Below are positions 40,076 to 48,273 of a DNA stretch of 64,000 nt, in pieces (within the stretch, counting starts at the first letter, position 1; every line of letters begins with the position of its first letter). This DNA comes from Clostridia bacterium. GTDB lineage: Bacteria; Bacillota; Clostridia; Christensenellales; CAG-138. The notes under the pieces were generated by a model. The model saw only the letters and a program-made list of their open reading frames with translations, had not been told where the DNA came from and did no database searches. The stretch is from NCBI GenBank assembly GCA_017395105.1, contig JAFPWD010000038.1, forward strand, positions 20,795 through 84,794, given 5' to 3'. A program made the translations under genes and the position numbers.

Positions 40076-41863
40076 TCATTTAATCAGATAGAAGCTGTTC
40101 TGCGCATCATGCAGCTTCTTATACTCGCCGCCAAGCGCGATAAGCTCATCGTGCGAGCCCATCTCCACTATGCCGCGCTCATCTATCACGGCAATCTTAT
40201 CGGCGTTTCTGACCGTGGAAAGCCTGTGCGCGATAACGAGCGTGGTCCTGCCCTTGCTGAGTCGCTCAAATGCGGCGGTTATGCGCGCTTCGGTTGCGGA
40301 GTCGAGCGCACTGGTAGCCTCATCAAGAATCAGTATGGGCGGGTTTTTCAGAAATATCCTCGCTATCGAAACGCGCTGCTTCTGTCCGCCCGAAAGCGTT
40401 ATGCCGCGCTCGCCAACGACAGTGTCGTATCCGTCGGGCATCCTCATGATATCATCGTGGATCTCGGCAGCGATGGCGGCTCGGACTATCTCCTCATCGG
40501 TGGCATCGATCCTGCCGTAGCGGATATTGTCCTTGATGCTGGCGGCAAACAGGAATACGTCCTGCTGAACTATGCCGATATTCCGGCGAAGCGATGCAAG
40601 AGTAACACTCTTGATGTCATTCCCGTCCACAGTGATGCTTCCGTCAACAGTTTCATAGAAACGTGGAAGCAGATGGCAGAGCGTTGTCTTACCGCCGCCA
40701 GAGGGGCCGACCAAAGCAACGGTCTCCCCTGACTTTATATGCAGGCTGATGGTTTCAAGCACGTTGCGCGGGGTCTCGTCGTCGGTTTGATAGGCGAACG
40801 TGACGTTATTGAAGTCGATCTCACCCTTAACCTCCTTTAGCTCGATTGCGTTCGGCGCATCCTCTATTTCAGGCTCGGTATCAAGAAGCTCGGTGAATCT
40901 CTTGAAGCCCGCCATGCCCATGGCGTATTGCTCGGAGAAGGCGGCAAGCTTTCGGATGGGGTTGGTGAAGGATGAAACGTACAGCAGGAAAACTATCAGT
41001 GTGGTCTGATCCATCCTGCCGCGCATGATGAGAAAGCCGCTGACGGTCAGCACCAGAACGCCCATGATGGAGGTGAAAAACTCCATGCCCGCATGGAAAA
41101 GACCCATGGTTTTATAATAGCGGCGCTTGGATTTGATAAAGATGCTGTTGCCCTTTTCAAACTTTTCTATCTCGTAGTTTTCGTTCGTGAATGCCTTTGC
41201 AACGCGCGCGCCGCTTATAGAGGACTCGATATCCGCATTGATTATCGCAACGCCCTCCTTGACCTTGCGCGATGTGCGGCTCATGCGGGTTCTAAGCTTC
41301 ATAACAAAAAGCATGAGTATAGGCACGGTGAGAATAAGAACGAGCGCAAGCCGCCATTCGATGAACAGCATCGCAACGAAGGCACCAAGGAAGGTGACTA
41401 TTGAAATGAACACATCCTCGGGGCCGTGGTGTGCAAGCTCCGTAACGTCGAATAGGTCGTTTGTGCAGCGGGAAAGAAGCTTGCCCGTCCTCGATTTATC
41501 ATAGAAGCTGAAGCCGAGCTTTTGAAGATGGGAAAATACATCCCTTCGCATATCGGCTTCAATATTAACGCCGAGCGTATGCCCAAGATAAGTAACGATG
41601 AAGGTCGCAAGTGTGCGCAGCAGATACATTCCGAAGCATATTGCCATAAGTATAAAGAACGGAGCATACTTCGGCGCATCCGGGGTCAGATAGTCGTAAA
41701 GTGCTTTTCTTGAAATGAGCGGGTACGAGATATCAACCGCGGAAATGAACAACGCACAGGCCATATCGGTCATGAAAAGACCCATGTGGGGCTTGTAGTA
41801 TGAAGCAAAACGCGACAGTGCGCCTTTTTTGTTCTTCTTAGGAGCATTTTCCATGTTCATCAC
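40076..41863 (-). CDS. ABC transporter, fused permease/ATPase (MsbA/multidrug-exporter type)
   Basis: There are six predicted N-terminal TM segments. It has Walker A 'GPSGGGKTT', signature 'LSGGQKQR' and Walker B 'ILILDEATSALD'. Confidence 0.9.
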   Translation of the reverse strand: MMNMENAPKKNKKGALSRFASYYKPHMGLFMTDMACALFISAVDISYPLISRKALYDYLTPDAPKYAPFFILMAICFGMYLLRTLATFIVTYLGHTLGVNIEADMRRDVFSHLQKLGFSFYDKSRTGKLLSRCTNDLFDVTELAHHGPEDVFISIVTFLGAFVAMLFIEWRLALVLILTVPILMLFVMKLRTRMSRTSRKVKEGVAIINADIESSISGARVAKAFTNENYEIEKFEKGNSIFIKSKRRYYKTMGLFHAGMEFFTSIMGVLVLTVSGFLIMRGRMDQTTLIVFLLYVSSFTNPIRKLAAFSEQYAMGMAGFKRFTELLDTEPEIEDAPNAIELKEVKGEIDFNNVTFAYQTDDETPRNVLETISLHIKSGETVALVGPSGGGKTTLCHLLPRFYETVDGSITVDGNDIKSVTLASLRRNIGIVQQDVFLFAASIKDNIRYGRIDATDEEIVRAAIAAEIHDDIMRMPDGYDTVVGERGITLSGGQKQRVSIARIFLKNPPILILDEATSALDSATEARITAAFERLSKGRTTLVIAHRLSTVRNADKIAVIDERGIVEMGSHDELIALGGEYKKLHDAQNSFYLIK

Positions 41864-42078
41864 CTGCCTTCTTCCCCGTACTTATTCTCATCGACCGGGT
41901 AAAGCGAGTTTAGCTCGTCCTGCGAATGCATACGCTTAACGATGCCGAGCAGCACAAACGCAGCGGCAAACATCAGTATGGGTATCAGCACATTGATCTT
42001 TAAAACCCAGATAAGGCAAAGCAGGATAAATGCTCCGGCGGTAAGACCGACGGCAATATAGCTGAGAATTCTTTTCAT
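41860..42078 (-). CDS. Small hypothetical two-TM membrane protein, translationally coupled to the ABC exporter
   Basis: It begins 'MKRILSYIAVGLTAGAFILLCLIWVL...IPILMFAAAFVLLGIV'. Its stop overlaps the ABC start by 4 nt. The start is uncertain; the ORF track begins at TTG 42144. Confidence 0.4.
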   Translation of the reverse strand: MKRILSYIAVGLTAGAFILLCLIWVLKINVLIPILMFAAAFVLLGIVKRMHSQDELNSLYPVDENKYGEEGR

Positions 42079-42191
42079 ATACAGAGGCGTTTCTCCAATC
42101 GGATTCTTTGCTTTGATTTTAGCACAGTTTTCCGTTCTTTTCAACGCAAAGAAAATATTATATTCTCATTTCGTTTGAAAACAGCTGTCAA

Positions 42192-42222
42192 GCAGAAAGA
42201 AAGACCTGCGCAAAAGCGCAGG
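42192..42222 (-). terminator. Intrinsic terminator after gap
   Basis: The minus strand reads CCTGCGC-TTTT-GCGCAGG followed by TCTTTCTTTCT. Confidence 0.7.
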
Positions 42223-42247
42223 CCAAAGGATTATCGATTGTATGCTA

Positions 42248-43276
42248 TCAGCCAAGCTCGGAGAAGAACTTGATGGTGCGAACCATCTGGCTGGTGTAGC
42301 TGTTCTCGTTGTCGTACCAGGAAACGACCTGAACCTGAGTATCGCCGTTCGGCAGGGGCAGAACCATGGTCTGAGTTGCATCGAACAGGGAGCCGAAGGT
42401 CATGCCGATAACGTCGGAGGAAACGATCTCATCGGTGGTGTAGCCGAAGGACTCGTTTGCCTGAGCCTTCATTGCCTCGTTGATCTGATCAACGGTAACG
42501 CTGCCCTTAACGACCGCATTGAGCATGGTGGTGGAGCCGGTGGGCGTGGGAACGCGCTGGGCTGCGCCGATGAGCTTGCCGGAAAGCTCGGGGATCACGA
42601 GACCGATAGCCTTCGCAGCGCCGGTGGAATTGGGAACGATGTTCACAGCGCAGGCACGGCTGCGGCGGAGATCGCCCTTCTTCTGGGGACCGTCGAGGGG
42701 CATCTGATCGCCGGTGTAAGCATGGATGGTGCACATGATGCCGCTCTGGATGGGAGCGAGATCGTTGAGCGCCTTCGCCATGGGAGCAAGGCAGTTGGTG
42801 GTGCAGCTCGCGGCAGAGATGATGTTGTCCTCCTTCTTGAGGGTGTTGTGGTTTACGTTGTAAACGATGGTGGGCAGATCGTTGCCAGCGGGAGCGGAGA
42901 TAACGACCTTGCGGGCGCCGGCATCAATATGAGCCTTTGCCTTTTCCTTGCTGGTGTAGAAGCCGGTGCACTCAAGAACCACGTCTACGCCGAGCTTGCC
43001 CCAGGGCAGATCAGCAGCGTTGGGCATCTTGTAGATAACAATCTTCTGGCCGTCTACTACGATATAGTTATCCTCGCCCTCGCCCTCGTGGAAGTCCACG
43101 GTGTGACCCTGAGCTACCCAGTTGCCCTGGGTGGAGTCATACTTGAGAAGATGAGCAAGCATCTTTGCGGAGGTGAGGTCGTTTATGGCGACAACGTCAT
43201 AACCTTCTGCGGCAAACATCTGGCGGAAAGCCAGACGGCCGATACGACCGAAACCGTTGATTGCAACCTTTACCAT
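42248..43276 (-). CDS. gap: Type I glyceraldehyde-3-phosphate dehydrogenase
   Basis: It begins '[14 protein letters not shown]' and has the active site 'SCTTNCLAP' and 'WYDNE'. The ATG follows GGAGGA. The antisense 354-aa ORF is rejected. Confidence 0.97.
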   Translation of the reverse strand: MVKVAINGFGRIGRLAFRQMFAAEGYDVVAINDLTSAKMLAHLLKYDSTQGNWVAQGHTVDFHEGEGEDNYIVVDGQKIVIYKMPNAADLPWGKLGVDVVLECTGFYTSKEKAKAHIDAGARKVVISAPAGNDLPTIVYNVNHNTLKKEDNIISAASCTTNCLAPMAKALNDLAPIQSGIMCTIHAYTGDQMPLDGPQKKGDLRRSRACAVNIVPNSTGAAKAIGLVIPELSGKLIGAAQRVPTPTGSTTMLNAVVKGSVTVDQINEAMKAQANESFGYTTDEIVSSDVIGMTFGSLFDATQTMVLPLPNGDTQVQVVSWYDNENSYTSQMVRTIKFFSELG

Positions 43277-43396
43277 GTGTTTTTCCTCCAAATATTATCT
43301 TGGTGATTGGCGGACGGGCATACCCGTCCCTGTATTTATTATAACGCGATTTCAGAAAAAATCAACCGCTAATTTTGGATATTTTTCCTATAATGA

Positions 43397-44326
43397 TTAA
43401 AAATTCAACTCTTCCGCAACGATATACAGCGGACGGTTCTTGAGCTCGTCGTACATTCTGTTCATATAAGCACCCTGAATGCCGAGGAAAACGAAACCGA
43501 TGCCCATAAGCAGCGCAAGCCCGAAGAACATCCAGAGCAGCCCGGACACCTTCACGGAGCATATTGCAAGGATGATGAACACAAGGAATGCAAGCAGGCT
43601 CAGCGCCGAAACGCCCGCTCCGAAATAGCCGCAGAGCGTGAGCGGACGATCGGAGAAGCCGATGATGCCGTCCATGGCAAGCTTAATCATCTTCTTGAGC
43701 GTATACTTGGTTTTGCCGGCATAGCGCTCATTGCGCACGAACTCTATCGGAACGGCTTCAAAGCCCATCCAAGCGCTCATGCCGCGCAAAAAGCGGTTAT
43801 GCTCACGCATCTTGAGGAACACGTCCGCAACACGGCGATCGATAAGGCGGAAATCGCCGGTGTCAAGAGGGATCTCGGCGGCACTCATTGCCTTTAGCAC
43901 CCTGTAGTAGCAAGAAGCGGTAAATTTTTTAAGGAATGTCTCGCCCTGGCGCTTTACGCGCTTACCGTAGGCGATATCGGCACCGTTTTCCCATGCCCTG
44001 ACCATATCCTCGATGACCTCTGGCGGGTCCTGAAGGTCGACGTCGATTATTATAAGCGCATCGCCCTGTGCGGCATCCATGCCGCAGGTAACGGCGAGTT
44101 GATGGCCGAAGTTGCGGCTGAAGGAGCGCACCTTGACCTGAGGGTTGTCCTTCGCGATTTTGCGAAGTATTTTCATCGACTTATCGCGGCTGCCGTCGTT
44201 TACGTAGATGATCTCGTAATCGTATCCGATGCCGCGCATCACCTCGTCCATGCGCTTGAATGAGGTTTCAAGAACCTCCTCCTCGTTGTAGACGGGAACG
44301 ATGAGTGAAAGCATTGCGTTTTGCAT
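43397..44326 (-). CDS. GT2 glycosyltransferase, polyprenyl-phosphate sugar transferase type (GtrB/DPM1-like)
   Basis: It has 'LSLIVPVYNEEE', 'YVNDGSRD', 'DVDLQDPPE' and two C-terminal TM helices. Confidence 0.8.
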   Translation of the reverse strand: MQNAMLSLIVPVYNEEEVLETSFKRMDEVMRGIGYDYEIIYVNDGSRDKSMKILRKIAKDNPQVKVRSFSRNFGHQLAVTCGMDAAQGDALIIIDVDLQDPPEVIEDMVRAWENGADIAYGKRVKRQGETFLKKFTASCYYRVLKAMSAAEIPLDTGDFRLIDRRVADVFLKMREHNRFLRGMSAWMGFEAVPIEFVRNERYAGKTKYTLKKMIKLAMDGIIGFSDRPLTLCGYFGAGVSALSLLAFLVFIILAICSVKVSGLLWMFFGLALLMGIGFVFLGIQGAYMNRMYDELKNRPLYIVAEELNF

Positions 44327-44635
44327 ACTGTCTCCATTCTGCCGCCGAAGCGCATAGTCTTGTTTGAAGCTGCGGCAGCGATTATTCGTTTCTGTTTCTC
44401 GTTCACTGCTTGCGATCGTTCAAACAGAAACAACCTTTTTAAGTATATCATAATAAAGCTTTATTTGCAACCGCACATACGTATACAAACGCAGAGCGCA
44501 TTCCATATTTTATGACAAAAATTCCGTTCGTATTGACAAAGCACACGATCGGGTGATATTCTAATCGTTGGGAGAGCATCCCAAATACTGATTCGCCGCC
44601 GATACCTATTGGCGCAAGCGCGGCACGAAGATCAA

Positions 44636-45091
44636 ATGCGAGCATTCTTTTATACAATACTGCAATGTACATGGGGTCTTATCCAGACCCTCGTGGGGCT
44701 TGTTGTGTTTTTATTCAATATTCGCAGGCGGCATTTCTGCTACCACGGCGCGATCGTGACCGTATGGAGCTCTCTTTCGAGCGTTTCTCTTGGGCTGTTT
44801 CTATTCGTTTCGGGTGCTGAAAAACAGGTTCGCCGCGGGAAGGATAAGCTGAATGACGTTCCCGACAGCGAAACAGTAGTTCACGAATACGGTCACACAA
44901 TCCAATCGCTTATATTCGGCCCTGCGTACCTTTTGGTCGTTGGTCTCCCCTCCCTCATTTGGGCGAATCTTCCGTATTTTGTTAAAAAGCGCAGGCTCGG
45001 AACTCCGTATTCGGCATTTTGGACCGAAAAAAGCGCAAATATCCTTGGCGAACGCGCAACCGGCGAACGATCCTTTGGCGATAAGCTGTGA
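44636..45091 (+). CDS. Hypothetical small membrane protein with an HExxH motif
   Basis: It has several hydrophobic helices and 'VVHEYGHTIQS' between TM segments. The start is taken at the first ATG; the ORF track begins at TTG 44609. Confidence 0.5.
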   Translation: MRAFFYTILQCTWGLIQTLVGLVVFLFNIRRRHFCYHGAIVTVWSSLSSVSLGLFLFVSGAEKQVRRGKDKLNDVPDSETVVHEYGHTIQSLIFGPAYLLVVGLPSLIWANLPYFVKKRRLGTPYSAFWTEKSANILGERATGERSFGDKL

Positions 45092-45188
45092 GTCCAAACG
45101 ATATATTAGTTGTTTGCTATTGCTTTTTCGCCGCAAATGTTGTAAAACAGAATAAGTTATTATGCCAATAGGCAAATTGGAGGTTAAA

Positions 45189-45770
45189 ATGGATTTTATC
45201 GTTGAAGTATCCGCACGCCACGTGCATCTGACTCAAGAGCATGTTGAGATCCTTTTCGGCAAGGGTCACGAGCTCACCTTCGACCGTCCCCTTTCCCAGC
45301 CCGGCCAGTTTCTGAGCAAGGAAAAGGTCACCATCAAGAACGGCGATAGAAAGATCGAGCGCGTTTCCATTCTCGGACCCGTCCGCAAGGCTTCGCAGGT
45401 CGAGGTAAGCAAGACCGACAGCGTTGCGCTTCGCGCAGAGGGCTTCATTCGTGAGAGCGGCGATCTTGCAGGTACCGCCCCCATCGAGATCGAAGGACCC
45501 GAGGGAAGCGTTCAGCTTGAGGAAGGCCTCATCATCGCAAAGCGCCATATCCACATGACTCCCGAAGCCGCAGAAGAAGCCGGTCTCAAAGATAAGGACG
45601 TAGTCAGCGTTGCGGTCAACACCGAGGACAGAAAGACCATCTTCGGCGACGTTGTGGTTCGCGTTTCCCCGAGCTTCGCGCTCGCCATGCATATCGACAC
45701 CGACGAAGCAAATGGCGCAAACGTTCCGAGAAACGGATGTCAGGGTCATATCGTTTCCGTTGAGTTCTAA
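45189..45770 (+). CDS. pduL: Phosphate propanoyltransferase / phosphotransacylase PduL
   Basis: It has the duplicated PduL motifs 'VSARHVHLTQEHVEILFG' and 'IIAKRHIHMTPEAAEEAGL', plus 'AMHIDTDEANGA'. The ATG follows GGAGGT. Confidence 0.9.
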   Translation: MDFIVEVSARHVHLTQEHVEILFGKGHELTFDRPLSQPGQFLSKEKVTIKNGDRKIERVSILGPVRKASQVEVSKTDSVALRAEGFIRESGDLAGTAPIEIEGPEGSVQLEEGLIIAKRHIHMTPEAAEEAGLKDKDVVSVAVNTEDRKTIFGDVVVRVSPSFALAMHIDTDEANGANVPRNGCQGHIVSVEF

Positions 45771-45783
45771 TGATTGATGTCAC

Positions 45784-45817
45784 AAAGGACGGGCAATACC
45801 CGTCCTTTTTCGTTTTC
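45784..45817 (+). terminator. Intrinsic terminator after pduL (also downstream of the convergent HprK-like gene)
   Basis: AAAGGACGGG-CAAT-ACCCGTCCTTT is followed by TTCGTTTTC. Confidence 0.75.
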
Positions 45818-45873
45818 AATTCGTAATTCCAAAAGCTTTCTCCGAATGCCGAAGCCGGGCTATATGCTCATGA

Positions 45874-46632
45874 TTACTCCACAATGGAATCACGGGCGAA
45901 TTCGGCCGCATCGATCTGCATATTGCAGGCAAGCGCATAAACGGGCACGGTAAGAACCAGCTCCTGCAATAGGCCGAGCGCAACGGAAGCGAGTCTCGGA
46001 TCGGTCGGGATGTAGATGTTGGTTGAAAGGCTGATCAGCGCATCTAAAGGGGAAAGCCGAGCTATGGAATTGGTTTCACTTCGGCTGAGCACACAAATGG
46101 CTCCTATCGGCGACTCAATGTTGTTTCCGAGATGTTCTTTTCCGTTCCAAATGCTTCCGCATGCAGAAGCGCCGTTTTTATCGATGCGTATGAGCGGCTG
46201 ATCGCCGCTTATGATCCGCACTTCATTACCATAGGCCTTGCGCCAAAGCCGCGCATGCGTGCTCTTGCCCGTGCCGCTCGGAGCGGAAAACAGATATGCT
46301 TTCTTTCGGTAAGTGAGCGAGGCAGCATGAAGCGTTAAAACGTTTTTCGTCAGAAGCCAATCGGAAATATCCTGATGAATAAGAAAGAAACCCGACGGAT
46401 TCCCGTTCCCGAACGGATGCCCGTTTATCAGGTTTCTTTCGATGGTAACAGTATGCTCTATTTGATCTGGTGCGCTATTTGCGAGATACTTTTTAAAGTA
46501 TTTGCGGTTCAGGGTCGATCCATAGGAACGTACAGCAATAATATGACCGGCAAGGCAAATTGTCAGTTGATCGTACTTTCCACTATTATTCTTGGTCGGC
46601 TTCGATCCGCTCACGAAAAAACCTATCAGCAA
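45874..46632 (-). CDS. HPr-kinase-related P-loop protein (RiPP-cluster associated)
   Basis: 252 aa. It has 'LHAASLTYRKKAYLFSAPSGTGKSTHARLW' (a Walker A in an HprK C-domain-like context). The TTG start overlaps the precursor-peptide stop by 7 nt. It is the last gene of the operon. Confidence 0.7.
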   Translation of the reverse strand: MLIGFFVSGSKPTKNNSGKYDQLTICLAGHIIAVRSYGSTLNRKYFKKYLANSAPDQIEHTVTIERNLINGHPFGNGNPSGFFLIHQDISDWLLTKNVLTLHAASLTYRKKAYLFSAPSGTGKSTHARLWRKAYGNEVRIISGDQPLIRIDKNGASACGSIWNGKEHLGNNIESPIGAICVLSRSETNSIARLSPLDALISLSTNIYIPTDPRLASVALGLLQELVLTVPVYALACNMQIDAAEFARDSIVE

Positions 46633-46889
46633 ACAGAGGGAGTCGGAGTATCGTAAGCTCCGAACAGGATCTGCCCCAAACCAAACTGAATGTTATTGTC
46701 ATAGTTACACGAGCTATCGGTCCTGCATACATCCTGAGTGGGGCAGCCTATTCCCTGCGTGGGGCAACCCAAACCCTGCGTGGAGCATATAGGAGCACCG
46801 CTTAAGGATGATGAGTTAGTGAACAGCACAGAATCTACTGCGATGTTTATGAGCTTTTGCTCTGCGCGTACATAACGCTTTTTTTCCAT
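46626..46889 (-). CDS. Candidate RiPP precursor peptide (87 aa) with Cys-led heptad repeats
   Basis: A strong AGGAGGT RBS lies 9 nt upstream of the ATG. The leader-like N-terminus is followed by 'ICSTQGLG CPTQGIG CPTQDV CRTDSS CNYDNN ... TPTPSVC'. It sits between the rSAM/SPASM gene and the HprK-like gene. Confidence 0.75.
   Translation of the reverse strand: MEKKRYVRAEQKLINIAVDSVLFTNSSSLSGAPICSTQGLGCPTQGIGCPTQDVCRTDSSCNYDNNIQFGLGQILFGAYDTPTPSVC
46728..46787 (-). repeat. Three tandem ~21-nt coding repeats (TGC [TC]CC AC[GT] CAG G..) encoding C-[SP]-T-Q-[GD]-x-(G)
   Basis: By direct reading, the units are 46767-46787, 46746-46766 and 46728-46745. The shared cores are CCCTGCGTGG[GA]GCA, and CCTGAGTGGGGCA on the + strand. 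Confidence 0.85.
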
Positions 46890-46926
46890 AGTTGTTTTAC
46901 CTCCTGAAACATGAGATTAATCGATA

Positions 46927-48273
46927 TTATAGCACTTTATTCTCTAAAGTCAATAGTTTTTTTACGATCATCAAATATGCATTCCTTCTGCAATCTCTAA
47001 GCATGGAGGGGCAGAAAGCACCTTGAGTGCATTCGGGCAGATAAACGCATTGCAGGCATTCGGGGCATTTTTTCTCTCTAAGGTTATCTTCAATGAACCT
47101 GCGCCGCGGCTCCGACTCATTTTCATAGTCGAACAGACTGCCGATTTTTGCTTCATCCACAAGGTGCTCGCAGCAAAAGAGATCTCCGTTCGGGGTGATG
47201 ACAGAAGAACCGTTCGGAGTATCGACCATGCAGCGGTGAGTGCGCAGTCTGCCGGCGAATTCTCCGGCAAGCATGCCGAGTGCCTTAAGCTTTTCCTGAA
47301 GTTCTATCAAACGGGAATACAGGCGGTCGTTCGCTTCATCGGATATCCGGGAACCGGGGCTCGCAAACATATCGAAGGGATAGATCGAGATACGCTTATT
47401 GCCTTTGAATACCTCTGCAAGCTCATCGGTAAGCAAAAAGAGCTCATCAACATTGTTTTCATCGGCATTCAGTCTGAAATTGACAGCAGCGCCAAAATCG
47501 GTAAGCGCCTTTGCCGCATCAAGCGCGGCGGTATAATGATCGCGATCACGATCAACGTAAGCCTTGCGCTTATGGTATTCGCATTTTCTGCCGTCAAGAG
47601 TTATCTGAGCAGAATTTACGTGCCATTGCTTGACCGCCTTTTCGGCAAGCTCGCGAGTCATAAGCGATGCGTTTGTAACTATATCAGAAACGAACCCAAC
47701 GCCGTTATCATTCAGGCCGGCAATTATCCTGTCGATCACGCGCTCGGCAACAAGAGGCTCACCGCCAAACCAGCGAATGGAGATTGCTCCTTCTGTTTTT
47801 GTTTTAAGAATGTACTTAACGGTGGCATCCGCCGTTGCATCGTCCATGGTTTTATACTCGATGCCGTTTTCAAAGCAATAAAAGCAGCGGGCATTGCAGG
47901 CCGTTGTTGGAAGAATAACAAAGGAGCCGTGCTTTTTCGTGTCCTTAGGCGAAAGCAAATGCAAAATCTTTATTGCCGAAGAGAAAAGAGCAGCCTCATT
48001 TGCATCGGAACGCACTATAAAGCGCGATCCGATGAGCTCATCGATCGTGCCGTTATCGCCGGTGTAAACAAACTCATGGGGTTCCGAAAAGAGCTGCATC
48101 AGTTCCTCGGCATCGATAAGCTGTCGGGTGAAGGTGTTGAAAACGCGGGAAGCGGAACCGAGCCTGACGGGTAGCGCAAATAAAGACGGACGGCAAAGCG
48201 TGCCTAAAGGGGGCAGCTTGCCGTCTCCTATTGCTGACATCACGTTCCGATCGGGATGTAAAAGTGTTTTCAT
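46927..48273 (-). CDS. Radical SAM / SPASM-domain peptide-modifying maturase
   Basis: It has 'ILPTTACNARCFYCFENG' (CxxxCxxC) and 'WFGGEPL'. The C-terminal auxiliary-cluster cysteines are 'HRCMVDTPNGSSVITPNGDLFCCEH' and 'KKCPECLQCVYLPECTQGAFCP'. An ATGA overlap couples it to the upstream PqqD-like gene. Confidence 0.88.
   Translation of the reverse strand: MKTLLHPDRNVMSAIGDGKLPPLGTLCRPSLFALPVRLGSASRVFNTFTRQLIDAEELMQLFSEPHEFVYTGDNGTIDELIGSRFIVRSDANEAALFSSAIKILHLLSPKDTKKHGSFVILPTTACNARCFYCFENGIEYKTMDDATADATVKYILKTKTEGAISIRWFGGEPLVAERVIDRIIAGLNDNGVGFVSDIVTNASLMTRELAEKAVKQWHVNSAQITLDGRKCEYHKRKAYVDRDRDHYTAALDAAKALTDFGAAVNFRLNADENNVDELFLLTDELAEVFKGNKRISIYPFDMFASPGSRISDEANDRLYSRLIELQEKLKALGMLAGEFAGRLRTHRCMVDTPNGSSVITPNGDLFCCEHLVDEAKIGSLFDYENESEPRRRFIEDNLREKKCPECLQCVYLPECTQGAFCPSMLRDCRRNAYLMIVKKLLTLENKVL

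Noticed and set aside
42242-43306. 354-aa plus-strand ORF
   Set aside because: It is antisense to gap, whose identity is unambiguous ([18 protein letters not shown]). It is a shadow ORF.
43313-43332. Hairpin GGACGGG-CATA-CCCGTCC as a terminator for the GtrB-like GT2 gene
   Set aside because: On the minus strand it has no U-tract, and it lies downstream of the predicted gap promoter (TTGATT-16-TATAAT). It is more likely a gap 5'-UTR stem, with too little evidence for a specific call.
46560-46805. Plus-strand ORFs (81 and 66 aa) with repeats such as 'SLRGATQTLRGA' and 'PAWGNPNPAW'
   Set aside because: The repeats are the reverse-complement image of the tandem Cys-Pro-Thr-Gln codon repeats in the minus-strand precursor. 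The plus-strand frames lack an RBS and run against the operon.
47023-48174. 383-aa plus-strand ORF inside the RiPP cluster
   Set aside because: It is antisense to the radical SAM/SPASM gene, which carries the CxxxCxxC and SPASM cysteine motifs. It has no motifs of its own.
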